Positions 48,023 to 57,109 of a stretch of DNA of 64,000 nucleotides are shown here, one piece after another. Position 1 is the first letter of the stretch. Each line of letters opens with the position of its first letter. The notes beneath the pieces were generated by a model, which did not search any database, had not been told where the DNA came from, and saw only the letters and a list, made by a program, of their open reading frames with translations. The translations under genes were made by a program, and so were the position numbers. Source of the stretch: Polyangiales bacterium (GTDB lineage: Bacteria > Myxococcota_A > Polyangia > Polyangiales > Polyangiaceae); assembly GCA_038231275.1 (NCBI GenBank), contig JBBRLQ010000004.1:96001-160000 (forward strand), given 5' to 3'.

Positions 48023-50110
48023 ATGGCGCGGCGCGCCTTCATGCCTACACTTCCGCCGCCACCGCCCGGGGGGCCTCCCGGCCCGCCGACCTCGGTCGCG
48101 GGCGGCTCACCCCCCTCGGTTCCGCGCGGTCCGAGCGGGTTTCCTCCGTCCGCCGGCGGTCCGCCGCCCTCGCAACGGGCGCCGTCGTCCGTGCGCAGCC
48201 CGCCGTCGGGGGGCAGCTTGGACTCGGGGCGCATCTCGTCGCCGCCGGGTCCGGTCGACGGGATCTCGGTCGCGGCCGTGTCGCAGCTGCTCGATCGCCT
48301 GGCGGCGGCCGACGAGGCGCCGTTCATCGTGCAGTGGCTCGAGTCGGCGCTCACGGGTCGGATGCGAATCGATCCGACGCTGGCCGTGCGCCTTCTTCGC
48401 GCGTACCGCGAGACCGGGCGCGTCGATCGCGCGCGTGAGCTGGCGGCCTCCTTGCCGAGCTCGCCGTCGTCGTGGAGCCCGCTCGACGCGGCGCGCCTGG
48501 CGATCGAGCGCGCGATCCTCGCGACGATGGACGGGCGCGGCGATCACGCCGAGAGCGAGCTTCGGTCGGCGAGCCGGCTGCTCACGACGTCGCAACGCGG
48601 CGCGGGCCTCCGCGAGCAGCTCGACATGCACCTCACCGGCGCGCAGCTCGAGCTGCGCTTGAACCGCGTCCCGCAAGCCGCCGCGTCGCTGCGCCTCGCC
48701 GAGCACGTGGCCGAGCGCCTCGAGGATGGTGCATGGCGCGTCCCGGTCGCGATGACGCTCGGTCACCTCGCGATGAGGTTGGCCGATCCGCGCATGGCGG
48801 TGAAGCACTACGGAACGTCGCTCGGCCGATCGCCCGCTCGCGGCGTCGCGGCGATGCGCGCGCACGGAAACATGGCGATCGCGCTCGGATCGATCGGCCG
48901 CTTCGACGACGCACGCGCGCACGCGCGGCAAGCGATCGGCATCGCCGGAGAGCTCGCCGCAGGGTGGCGCCACGCCGACGCGTACGACGTCCTCGCGATC
49001 GTGGAGATCGCGGCCGATCGCCCGCTCGCGGCGCTGGCGGCGATCGACGAGGCCTTCGCGGTCCTCGGCGATCTCGATCAGCCGACGCTCCGCTACCAGC
49101 TCTCCGAGCACCGCGCGTGGGCGCTGGCGATGCTGGGGCGCGCGCAGGCGGCAAAGCAGTGGCTCGCCAAGGCCGAGAAGCTCCGCGCCGAGCTCGCCGT
49201 CGTCGACGCGATCGACGAGCAAGATCTCGTGGCGACTCGTGCTCGCGCGCTCGAGGCGTGCGGCCTGCACAAAGACGCGCTCGACGCGGCGATGCCCCAC
49301 GTCACGCGCCTCGAGGAGGCGTTCGTCACGGGCAGCTTGAACCTCGTCGTCGGACGGTGCGCGCTCGCGCTCGGCGACGCGACGGCCGCGCGGCTGGCGG
49401 TCGAACGTGCTGCTCTTTCGGGGGATCGTCACGGGTGGGTCTTCCCAGATCGCTCGGCGAGCGCGCAGCTTTGGCAGGTCGCGATGAAGAGCGGCGACAG
49501 CCGCGTCGTGCGCTACGCCGAGAAGATGAGCGGCCTCGCGAACGCCGCGCCGACGTCAGGCGGCCCCGCCAGCGTACCGCCGCCGCCCAGCGTCTCTCCC
49601 CGCGTCACGTACCCCAGTATTTACCCGACCAATCCGTTCGAGGGGTCCGGCGAAGAGCTGCCCGAGCCGACCGAAGGCGAGACGCTGATCTACGTGACGA
49701 CCTCGCAGGGCGTGACCCGTGTCCGCCAGAGCGAGGTAGCCAAGCTCGTCGAGGACGCCACGCTCGTCGTCGACACCCTCGCCCACCAGCTCCGCGTCGA
49801 GAACCGCGAGATCAGCCTCGAGCGACGCCGCGCCCTCGAGCCGCTCGTGGTGCAGCTCCTCCGCCGCGCGAAGGAAGGGCTCTCCGCCGAGGAGATCCTC
49901 CGCGCCGCCGGCGGACCGGGCCCCGAGTCGGCCGACGCCGAGCATCGCGTGCGCGTCCTCATCTCGCGCGTCCGCGACTTGCTCGGCGAAGCGACCTCGA
50001 TCGAGCGCGTGCGCGATGCCGGCGAATACGGCAAGACGCGCTACCGCCTCGCGGTCAACGTGAAGTTCGCGCTCATCGAGCCGCTCTTCACGCCTGGCGC
50101 GGTAGGCTGA
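48023..50110 (+). CDS. TPR-rich protein with a C-terminal OmpR-like winged-helix domain (putative regulator)
   Basis: Pro-rich N-terminus, long TPR solenoid, C-terminus LSAEEILRAA...RVRVLISRVRDLLG...YRL. Start 48023 or 48041. Confidence 0.75.
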   Translation: MARRAFMPTLPPPPPGGPPGPPTSVAGGSPPSVPRGPSGFPPSAGGPPPSQRAPSSVRSPPSGGSLDSGRISSPPGPVDGISVAAVSQLLDRLAAADEAPFIVQWLESALTGRMRIDPTLAVRLLRAYRETGRVDRARELAASLPSSPSSWSPLDAARLAIERAILATMDGRGDHAESELRSASRLLTTSQRGAGLREQLDMHLTGAQLELRLNRVPQAAASLRLAEHVAERLEDGAWRVPVAMTLGHLAMRLADPRMAVKHYGTSLGRSPARGVAAMRAHGNMAIALGSIGRFDDARAHARQAIGIAGELAAGWRHADAYDVLAIVEIAADRPLAALAAIDEAFAVLGDLDQPTLRYQLSEHRAWALAMLGRAQAAKQWLAKAEKLRAELAVVDAIDEQDLVATRARALEACGLHKDALDAAMPHVTRLEEAFVTGSLNLVVGRCALALGDATAARLAVERAALSGDRHGWVFPDRSASAQLWQVAMKSGDSRVVRYAEKMSGLANAAPTSGGPASVPPPPSVSPRVTYPSIYPTNPFEGSGEELPEPTEGETLIYVTTSQGVTRVRQSEVAKLVEDATLVVDTLAHQLRVENREISLERRRALEPLVVQLLRRAKEGLSAEEILRAAGGPGPESADAEHRVRVLISRVRDLLGEATSIERVRDAGEYGKTRYRLAVNVKFALIEPLFTPGAVG

Positions 50111-50128
50111 GCGCTTCGGGCTCGACGC

Positions 50129-51241
50129 TCATGCGTCCGACGGCGGGCTCGCGTCGGGGGGCGTGAGTCCCCTGCCCTTCCGCCGCGCGCGCTTCTTGTT
50201 GCGGCGCGCGCGAACGACGAGCACCGCGACGGTGCCGACGAAGACGACGACCTCGAGCGGGATGAAGACGTGACGCGTGGTCACGCGCGGAGGGGGCTTC
50301 ACCGGCGCGGCGTCGGCGGAGGGCGCGAACACCACGTCGAGGCCACCTTCGCGCTTGGTCGCGTGATCGTTCATCACCGTGAGCCACGCGCCGGGCGGGA
50401 GGAGACGCGCGGGCAAGTCCCCCGTCAGCTTTCCGTCGTGCCCGGCGAGGGGCATCGCGAAGATGCGATCGACGCTCCACGCGGCGTCTCCGAGCCGACC
50501 ATCCATGCGCCCCGGCGCGAGCACGAAGACGCGCAGGAGGCGCCCCCATCGCGGCTCGGTGTCGACCGGCTCGCGGTACGGATAAAAGGGGCGATCCGTG
50601 TCGAACGTGAGCATCACGGACTTGGAGAGGATCTCGCCGATCGGCCGGTCCTCGCCGCTCGCGTACTTGAACGCGGTGATCTTGTAGTGGGCGGCGACGT
50701 AGGGCTCGAGCCACGCCGTGATCTGCGGACGCTGGACGTAGCCATGCGCCGACAGCCACGTGGACAGCGCGGCGGCGCTCGATGCTTCGAGGATGGTCGC
50801 GTCGAGGCCGGCGACAGTCTGCGTGCCGAGCACCGTCACCTCGGCACCCGCGACCGCCGAGGCCGGCATCGCCATCCCTTTGCTCCGCGCGAAGATCATC
50901 AGCGTGGCGCAGCCCGCGGACCACTCTGTCTCAATCACTTGCTCGCGCGCGTCCTCGATCACCTGATCGAGCGCGGCGAACGCGCCGTCGCTTGCCTCCT
51001 CGAGCTCTGGCTTGCTCGGCGTAGGGACGAGGAAGCCGAAGTCCTTCGCGCGCGTCTCGAACTGCGCGCGCCGAATGAATCGCTCCTTCTTCGTCGCCGG
51101 ATCCCACACCACGATGGCCTGCTCGCGCGTGATGCCCACCGCGTCGGCGGCGGAGACCACCGCGCACGCGCGTGACGGACGCGGCGCCAGCGCCACGAGC
51201 GCCGCGAGCCCCACGACGCTCCCCAACCCCCGTCGTCCCAT
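50129..51241 (-). CDS. DUF2330-like exported protein with a C-terminal TM helix and basic tail
   Basis: Signal ending ACA, EQAIVVWD, FGFLVPTPSKP, LSTWLSAHGY, WLEPYV, PFYP. Confidence 0.8.
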   Translation of the reverse strand: MGRRGLGSVVGLAALVALAPRPSRACAVVSAADAVGITREQAIVVWDPATKKERFIRRAQFETRAKDFGFLVPTPSKPELEEASDGAFAALDQVIEDAREQVIETEWSAGCATLMIFARSKGMAMPASAVAGAEVTVLGTQTVAGLDATILEASSAAALSTWLSAHGYVQRPQITAWLEPYVAAHYKITAFKYASGEDRPIGEILSKSVMLTFDTDRPFYPYREPVDTEPRWGRLLRVFVLAPGRMDGRLGDAAWSVDRIFAMPLAGHDGKLTGDLPARLLPPGAWLTVMNDHATKREGGLDVVFAPSADAAPVKPPPRVTTRHVFIPLEVVVFVGTVAVLVVRARRNKKRARRKGRGLTPPDASPPSDA

Positions 51242-51243
51242 GC

Positions 51244-52062
51244 TCACCCCTCCTCTTCCTCGTCGCCGGCTTGCGCGGCCCACGCGCGGCTCATCGCCTC
51301 GATCCCCGCGGCCGCCAGCGCCGCCGCCGCGAGCCCACCGAGGATCCACGAGCGCGTGAAGACCTCGTCGGCCATCGGATCGCCGCCGCGCAAAATCGGC
51401 AAGACCGGCACAGCGAAGAACGCGGCCTGCGCGAGGATCGTCGGCACGATGCTGCGCGTCCGATCGCGCATCCACCCGAGCATCGCGCCCAGCATCATCA
51501 CCGACGCGAACGTCCGCGGATCGGGGTGCGCCATCGCGAAGAAGATCGACGTCCCGAGGATCACCATGCCCGGCGTTCTGCCGGGGCGGAGGCCGCCGAA
51601 GAGGATCCCACGGAAATAGATCTCCTCGGCGACCGGCATGATGACGACGAAAGCGGCGGCCATGAAGACGCGGCGCCCGGTCGTGGAGGCGGTCATCAGG
51701 CGGCCTAGGGCCTCGGCGTCCTCGGGCCTCGTCGGAAACCGCTTGGCGACGACCGCGTCGAGCCAGCTCGCTGCCGGGTAGAGGCACGCGCCGATCGCGA
51801 CGGCGAGCAGGAGCACGAGGATCGGCACGCTACGGAAGGCGATGACCCGGCGCACCGGCGTGTCCGGCGCGTAGACGCGGAGCATCGCGAAGATGGCGAG
51901 CGAGTACGACAGGACGTGACAGAACGTGACGCTGACGAGATCGAACGCGGCGCCAGGTCGAGACAGCTCGGTGAGGCTCCCGACCACCGCGACGAGCAGG
52001 GACATCCCGACGGTCCACGCCGCGGCGGTCACGAACGACAGCGTGCGGCGCTCGTCGGGCAC
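51244..52062 (-). CDS. CPBP (CAAX/Abi) family intramembrane protease-like protein
   Basis: PVAEEIYFRG and FAMAH present; third motif degenerate (QAAFF). Confidence 0.82.
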   Translation of the reverse strand: MPDERRTLSFVTAAAWTVGMSLLVAVVGSLTELSRPGAAFDLVSVTFCHVLSYSLAIFAMLRVYAPDTPVRRVIAFRSVPILVLLLAVAIGACLYPAASWLDAVVAKRFPTRPEDAEALGRLMTASTTGRRVFMAAAFVVIMPVAEEIYFRGILFGGLRPGRTPGMVILGTSIFFAMAHPDPRTFASVMMLGAMLGWMRDRTRSIVPTILAQAAFFAVPVLPILRGGDPMADEVFTRSWILGGLAAAALAAAGIEAMSRAWAAQAGDEEEEG

Positions 52063-52067
52063 GCGCG

Positions 52068-53693
52068 TTACCGCCCCAGCAAGTGCGCGGGGACGCCGCG
52101 CTTCACGACCATGTCGCGCGCCGCCTTGGGGTCGAGCTCCGGAAAATCGATTGTATAGTGCAACCCTCGGCTCTCGCGCCGCGCCGACGCGCACTCGACG
52201 ATCAGCTGCGCCACGGTCGCGATGTTGCGGAGCTCGAGGAGATCGCGCGTGATGAAGTAGCTCCAGTAGTACTCCTGGATCTCTTCCTGAAGGAGCGCGA
52301 TTCGCCGCGCCGCGCGACGGAGGCGCGTGTTGGATCGAACGATGCCGACGTAGTTCCACATCAGGCGCCGCAGCTCGTCCCAGTTGTGGGTGATGACGAC
52401 GGCCTCGTCGCTCGTGGCGGCCTGGCCTACGTCCCAGTCGGGCACGTCGGGCCAGGGCTTCGTGCGATCGACGTCCTTGATGGCCACCGCGGCGCGGCGC
52501 GCGAAGACCATCCCCTCGAGGAGCGAGTTCGAGGCGAGGCGGTTCGCGCCGTGGAGGCCCGTATGCGCGCACTCGCCGATCGCCCAGAGGCCGGGGATCG
52601 TCGTGCGCCCTTCGAGATCCGTCGAGACGCCGCCGCACTGGTAGTGGGCCGCCGGCACGACCGGGATCGGCTGCGCCGTGATGTCGACGCCCCAGCGCAG
52701 GCACTCGGCGTAGATGCCGGGGAAGCGCTCCTTCACGAACGCCGGCTTCTTGTCGGTGATGTCGAGCCACACGTGCTCGGCGCCGGTGCGCTTCATCTCG
52801 TGATCGATCGCGCGCGCCACGATGTCGCGGGGCGCGAGATCGGCGCGCGGATCGTAGTTCTTCATGAACGCCGTGCCGTCGATCCTCCTCAGGATCGCCC
52901 CCTCGCCGCGCAGCGCCTCGGTGATGAGGAAATTCTTGGCCTGCGGGTGGAAGAGGCAGGTCGGATGGAACTGGTAAAATTCCATGTTCGCGATCTCGGC
53001 GCCTGCGCGGTACGAGATCGCGACGCCGTCGCCGGTCGCGACGTCGGGGTTGGTCGTGTAGAGGTAGACCTTGCCGGCGCCGCCCGTGGCCACGACCGTC
53101 GCGCGCGCGAGGATCGTGTGGACCTTGCCGGCCGCGACGTCGAGAACGTACGCGCCCGCGCAGATCTCGGGCCCGCCGTACTTGGCGAGCGTGATGAGAT
53201 CGACGGCCATGTGCTCCTCGAGCACGCGCACGCGAGGCCGCGCGGCGACCGCCTCGAGCAGCGTCCGCTCGACCTCGCGCCCGGTCATGTCGCCGACGTG
53301 GACGACGCGGCGCGCGCTGTGACCGCCTTCGAGGTGGAGATCGAGATCGGCGTCGTGCTCGTTCTTGGCGCCACTCTGCTTCTCGGCGAGATCGAAGCGG
53401 GCGCCGTGGTCGCGGAGCATTTGGATGCACGCGGGGGCATCCTTCACCGTGAGCTCGGCGACGCGCTCGTGGCTGAGCCCCGCGCCGGCGATCAGCGTGT
53501 CCTTAACGTGCGCCTCGAAGCTGTCGGTCTCGGCCTGCACCGCGGCGATGCCGCCTTGCGCGTACTTCGTGTTCGACTCGTCGCGCGCGCGCTTCGTCAC
53601 GACGATGACGTCCGCGTACTCGCTGGCGTCGAGGGCGAACGAGAGCCCGGCGATGCCGCTGCCGATGACCAGAACGTCGCAGGTGAGCGCCAT
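52068..53693 (-). CDS. nadB: L-aspartate oxidase
   Basis: GSGIAGL, YAQGGIAA, EGGHSARR, QFHPT, EALRGEG, HGANRLASNSLLE, ESRGLHY. Confidence 0.96.
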   Translation of the reverse strand: MALTCDVLVIGSGIAGLSFALDASEYADVIVVTKRARDESNTKYAQGGIAAVQAETDSFEAHVKDTLIAGAGLSHERVAELTVKDAPACIQMLRDHGARFDLAEKQSGAKNEHDADLDLHLEGGHSARRVVHVGDMTGREVERTLLEAVAARPRVRVLEEHMAVDLITLAKYGGPEICAGAYVLDVAAGKVHTILARATVVATGGAGKVYLYTTNPDVATGDGVAISYRAGAEIANMEFYQFHPTCLFHPQAKNFLITEALRGEGAILRRIDGTAFMKNYDPRADLAPRDIVARAIDHEMKRTGAEHVWLDITDKKPAFVKERFPGIYAECLRWGVDITAQPIPVVPAAHYQCGGVSTDLEGRTTIPGLWAIGECAHTGLHGANRLASNSLLEGMVFARRAAVAIKDVDRTKPWPDVPDWDVGQAATSDEAVVITHNWDELRRLMWNYVGIVRSNTRLRRAARRIALLQEEIQEYYWSYFITRDLLELRNIATVAQLIVECASARRESRGLHYTIDFPELDPKAARDMVVKRGVPAHLLGR

Positions 53694-53833
53694 GACTTAC
53701 GGGTAGGGTGCAGGTTAGGCCAAGACCACCGCAAAACGTGAACGAAAGCGTGTCCCAAGGTCGGGCTTGTCGGGACGGGTCGGCTGCGCTACTGAATGCC
53801 CATTCACTCCCGCAACGCACCAAGGAGACTGCC

Positions 53834-54658
53834 TTGAAGATCCTCGTTCCGCTCAAGCGCGTCAGCGATCCCGACAACGCGAACAAGATCAAGGTGGGGC
53901 CGGGCAAGGTCGAGACGACCGGCCTCGAGTGGAAGCCGAACCCGTTCGACGAGTACGCGGTCGAGACGGCGCTGCGCCTCACCGAGAACGGCACCAACAC
54001 CAAGGCCCGCCTCGGCGAGGTCACGGTGGTGACGTTCGGCCCGAAGGAGACGGAGACGACGCTGCGCGCCGCGCTCGCGACCGGCGCCGACAAGGCCATT
54101 CGCGTCGACGCGACCGACGACACGCTCGACGGCGATCTCGTCGCGCGGGCGCTCAAGGCGCTCGTCGAGCGCGAGAAGCCGGATCTGGTGCTCCTCGGCA
54201 AGCAGCAGGTCGACGGCGATGCGAACCAGACGGCTCAGCTCCTCGCGGAGTACCTCGGCTGGCCGCAGGCGACGTTCGCGGGACAGATCACGAGCGAGGC
54301 CGACAAGGCGCTCCTCGTTGCGCGCGAGGTCGACGGCGGTTCCATCAAGCTGCGCGTCACGCTCCCCGCGGTGGTCTCGGTCGATCTCCGCATCGTGAAC
54401 CCGATCGGCGTCACGTCGATGCACACGCCTGCGACGCACAAGTACTCGGACGGCGTTCGCTTCGCGGCGCTCATGGCCATCATGGCGGCGAAGAAGAAGC
54501 CGCTCACCGAGGTGAAGCTGGCGGATCTCGCCCCGGATACTGCGCTCAAGATCAAGTACACGCACTTCGATCTGCCCCCGGCGCGCAAGGCCGGCGTGAA
54601 GATCAAGACCGTCGCCGAGCTCGTCCAGAAGCTCAAGACCGAAGCCAAGGTTCTCTGA
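53834..54658 (+). CDS. etfB: Electron transfer flavoprotein beta subunit
   Basis: [37 protein letters not shown] start after AAGGAG. Confidence 0.95.
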   Translation: MKILVPLKRVSDPDNANKIKVGPGKVETTGLEWKPNPFDEYAVETALRLTENGTNTKARLGEVTVVTFGPKETETTLRAALATGADKAIRVDATDDTLDGDLVARALKALVEREKPDLVLLGKQQVDGDANQTAQLLAEYLGWPQATFAGQITSEADKALLVAREVDGGSIKLRVTLPAVVSVDLRIVNPIGVTSMHTPATHKYSDGVRFAALMAIMAAKKKPLTEVKLADLAPDTALKIKYTHFDLPPARKAGVKIKTVAELVQKLKTEAKVL

Positions 54659-54663
54659 GGTCC

Positions 54664-55629
54664 ATGCCCATGAACACCCTCGTCATCGCCGAGCTCTCCG
54701 AAGGCAAGCTCCGCAAGTCGACCCACAGCGCCATCACCTTCGCGCGTCAGACCGGCGCGCCGTTCTCGATCCTCGCCCTCGGACCTGGCGCCAAGGCCGC
54801 CGCCGGCGAGCTCGCCTCGTTCGGCGCCGCCAAGGTCCTCGCGGCCGACGACGCCGCCATCAAGGGGCAGGTCGCCGAGCTCCACGCGCCGACCATCGCG
54901 GCCGTCGCCAAGAGCGGCGGGTTCGACGTCCTCGTCGCGTGCGCGAGCTCGTTCGGCAAGGACGTGATGCCGCGCGTCGCCGCCAAGCTCGGCGCCGGAT
55001 ATGCGGCGGACATCAGCGGCGTCAAAGCCGAAGGTGGCAAGCTCGTCTACCGTCGCCCGGTCTACGCCGGCAACGCGTACGGCACGTGCGAGCTGCTCAC
55101 GAGCACGCAGGTCATCACCGTGCGTCAGAGCGAGTTTACCGCCGCGGAGCCGAGCGGCGGCGCGAGCCCCGTCGAGGCGGTCGCCACCGCGCCGGCCGAT
55201 CCCGCCGCCGCGCGCGTCGAGTTCGTCGGCCTCGAGGCCGCGAAGAGCGAGCGCCCCGACCTGGGCGAGGCGCGCGTCATCGTCTCCGGCGGCCGCGCGC
55301 TGAAGGAGAAGTTCGCCGAGGTCCTCGACCCGCTCGCCACGTTGCTCGGCGCCGCCGTCGGCGCGAGCCGCGCAGCGTGCGACGCCGGGTACGCTCCGCC
55401 GGAGCTCCAGGTCGGCCAGACCGGCCGCGTCGTCGCGCCGCAGCTGTACTTCGCGATCGGCATCTCGGGCGCCATCCAGCACCTCGCCGGCATGAAGGGC
55501 AGCAAGACGATCGTCGCGATCAACAAGGACGCCGACGCGCCGATCTTCCAGGTCGCCGACTACGGTCTCGTGGCCGATTTGTTCGTCGCGGTGCCCGAGC
55601 TCATCACGGAGCTAAAAAAGGCGCAGTAG
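54664..55629 (+). CDS. etfA: Electron transfer flavoprotein alpha subunit
   Basis: [42 protein letters not shown]. Confidence 0.96.
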   Translation: MPMNTLVIAELSEGKLRKSTHSAITFARQTGAPFSILALGPGAKAAAGELASFGAAKVLAADDAAIKGQVAELHAPTIAAVAKSGGFDVLVACASSFGKDVMPRVAAKLGAGYAADISGVKAEGGKLVYRRPVYAGNAYGTCELLTSTQVITVRQSEFTAAEPSGGASPVEAVATAPADPAAARVEFVGLEAAKSERPDLGEARVIVSGGRALKEKFAEVLDPLATLLGAAVGASRAACDAGYAPPELQVGQTGRVVAPQLYFAIGISGAIQHLAGMKGSKTIVAINKDADAPIFQVADYGLVADLFVAVPELITELKKAQ

Positions 55630-55652
55630 TCCTCGCGCGGCGGCTTGACGGC

Positions 55653-55681
55653 TTGACGGCCCTGCGGCTGCGCTTCATGCT
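55653..55681 (+). promoter_or_regulatory. Candidate sigma70 promoter of the stand-alone cyclase gene
   Basis: TTGACG-N17-CATGCT; a second TTGACG lies 8 bp upstream. Confidence 0.55.
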
Positions 55682-55783
55682 CTCGCGAACTGCCGGAAGT
55701 CCCCTCGGGACAGGCCGGCGCACCGTCCGATCTCTGCCGGGTTCCAAGGCCGGCGAAACACGACCCACGAACGGAGATCGATC

Positions 55784-56311
55784 ATGACAAGCGACGAAGC
55801 CGGCGCCCGCGCGCCGAAGCGGCTACTCATCGTGTTCGGAGACATCACGCGTTACCAAGTGAACGCGCGGTCCACGCCGGACGACGATCTCGCAGCCTTG
55901 ATGCACGCGTACTACCTACGGGCCGGGGCGCTGATCCGAGCGTCGGGCGGGCGGATCGTGAAGTTCATGGGGGACGCGTTCCTCGCGGTGTGGGCCGAAG
56001 ACGACGCGGCCGCCGGTGTCGCCGCGTTGCCGACGCTGAAGCGCGACATCGATGCGTTCTTCGCGGAGCGAGGGTGGCAGTCTCACCTCGTCGTGAAGGC
56101 GCACGTCGGCACGGCCGTGGCAGGCCCGTACGGCGACGACGGGCGGTTCGACGTCATCGGAAACGACGTGAACATCGCCGCGACGCTGCCGGCGCGAACG
56201 ATCGCGCTCTCGCCGGACGCGTTCCGCCTCCTCCCGCCCGACGACCGCAAAGCGTGGAAGAAGCACACGCAGCAGGTCGTCTACATCCAGATGAACGACC
56301 CGCGCCCTTGA
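55784..56311 (+). CDS. Stand-alone class III nucleotidyl cyclase-like domain
   Basis: [40 protein letters not shown]. Confidence 0.82.
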   Translation: MTSDEAGARAPKRLLIVFGDITRYQVNARSTPDDDLAALMHAYYLRAGALIRASGGRIVKFMGDAFLAVWAEDDAAAGVAALPTLKRDIDAFFAERGWQSHLVVKAHVGTAVAGPYGDDGRFDVIGNDVNIAATLPARTIALSPDAFRLLPPDDRKAWKKHTQQVVYIQMNDPRP

Positions 56312-56335
56312 GGGCAACTCCCGGCCGCGTCGCCG

Positions 56336-57034
56336 TCACTTCCCCGACGGCGACGGGGACGGGGCCGGCGAAGGGGGCGTGGGCTGGTCCTGCGCGACGA
56401 AGCGCGCCTTAAGCTCCTCGAGCTCGGTGCACGCCTCCTTCTCTCCGCCGTTGCACGCGACGATGGTGCTGTTCAGGTGGCAGCTGTCGGAGTCGCCTTC
56501 GTCGCATGCATGCTGCAAGTATTCGCGCGCGCGTTTTCCCTCGCGCTCGACGCCGTAGCCGACCGCGTAGAAGCTCCCGAGGGTGCCGCACGAAAACCCG
56601 CGGTGGGCGGCGCACGCCTTCTCGTACAGCTCGCGACCCTTCGCGCGATCGGCGGCGACACCCTGGCCGTGAGTATAGGCCTCCGCGAGGTTCTCGCACC
56701 CAAGCGCGTCGCCGAAGTTGCAGCCGCGCATGTACATCTTGACCGCGGCGGCGAGATCGCGCGCGCTCCACTCGGCCGACGCGTGGAGCTTGCCGAGCTC
56801 GGTGCACGACTTCCCATCGCCGCCGTCGCAGCGAAGGAAGAGCGTCCACGCGGCGTCCTCGATCTCCTGCGGCACGGCCTTGCCGAGGATGAACGGAGGG
56901 CGCTTGGGCCCTTCGGTCTTCGCCGCCGCGTTCGCGGTGGGCGGCGGCATCGGCGGCGCCTTGTCGTAGTAGTCGGCGCACCCTGTGAGGGCGAACGACG
57001 ACACCGTGAGGACGAGGAGAGGACGCGAAATCAC
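56336..57034 (-). CDS. Sel1/HcpB-like repeat lipoprotein
   Basis: Lipobox LTGC; repeats CDGGDGKSCTELG, GCNFGDALGCENL, ACAAHRGFSCGTLG. Confidence 0.85.
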   Translation of the reverse strand: MISRPLLVLTVSSFALTGCADYYDKAPPMPPPTANAAAKTEGPKRPPFILGKAVPQEIEDAAWTLFLRCDGGDGKSCTELGKLHASAEWSARDLAAAVKMYMRGCNFGDALGCENLAEAYTHGQGVAADRAKGRELYEKACAAHRGFSCGTLGSFYAVGYGVEREGKRAREYLQHACDEGDSDSCHLNSTIVACNGGEKEACTELEELKARFVAQDQPTPPSPAPSPSPSGK

Positions 57035-57109
57035 GTCACCATCGTACCCCGAGAACGGGGCCGGCGACCCTAGCGTTCGGGCGCCGCCCATACTAACGAT
57101 CGAGAGCAC

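Noticed and set aside
55690-55756. Guanidine-III or another known riboswitch
   Set aside because: Only a partial 3' resemblance; the pseudoknot partners are missing and the downstream gene is atypical. Kept as an unassigned leader
55784-57034. Pycsar/CBASS-like defence pair
   Set aside because: There is no co-oriented TIR or TM effector; the neighbour is a convergent Sel1 lipoprotein
57035-57109. SRP RNA (ffs), often found upstream of dnaX
   Set aside because: The gap is short and lacks the CAGG...GGAAGGAAGCAG core
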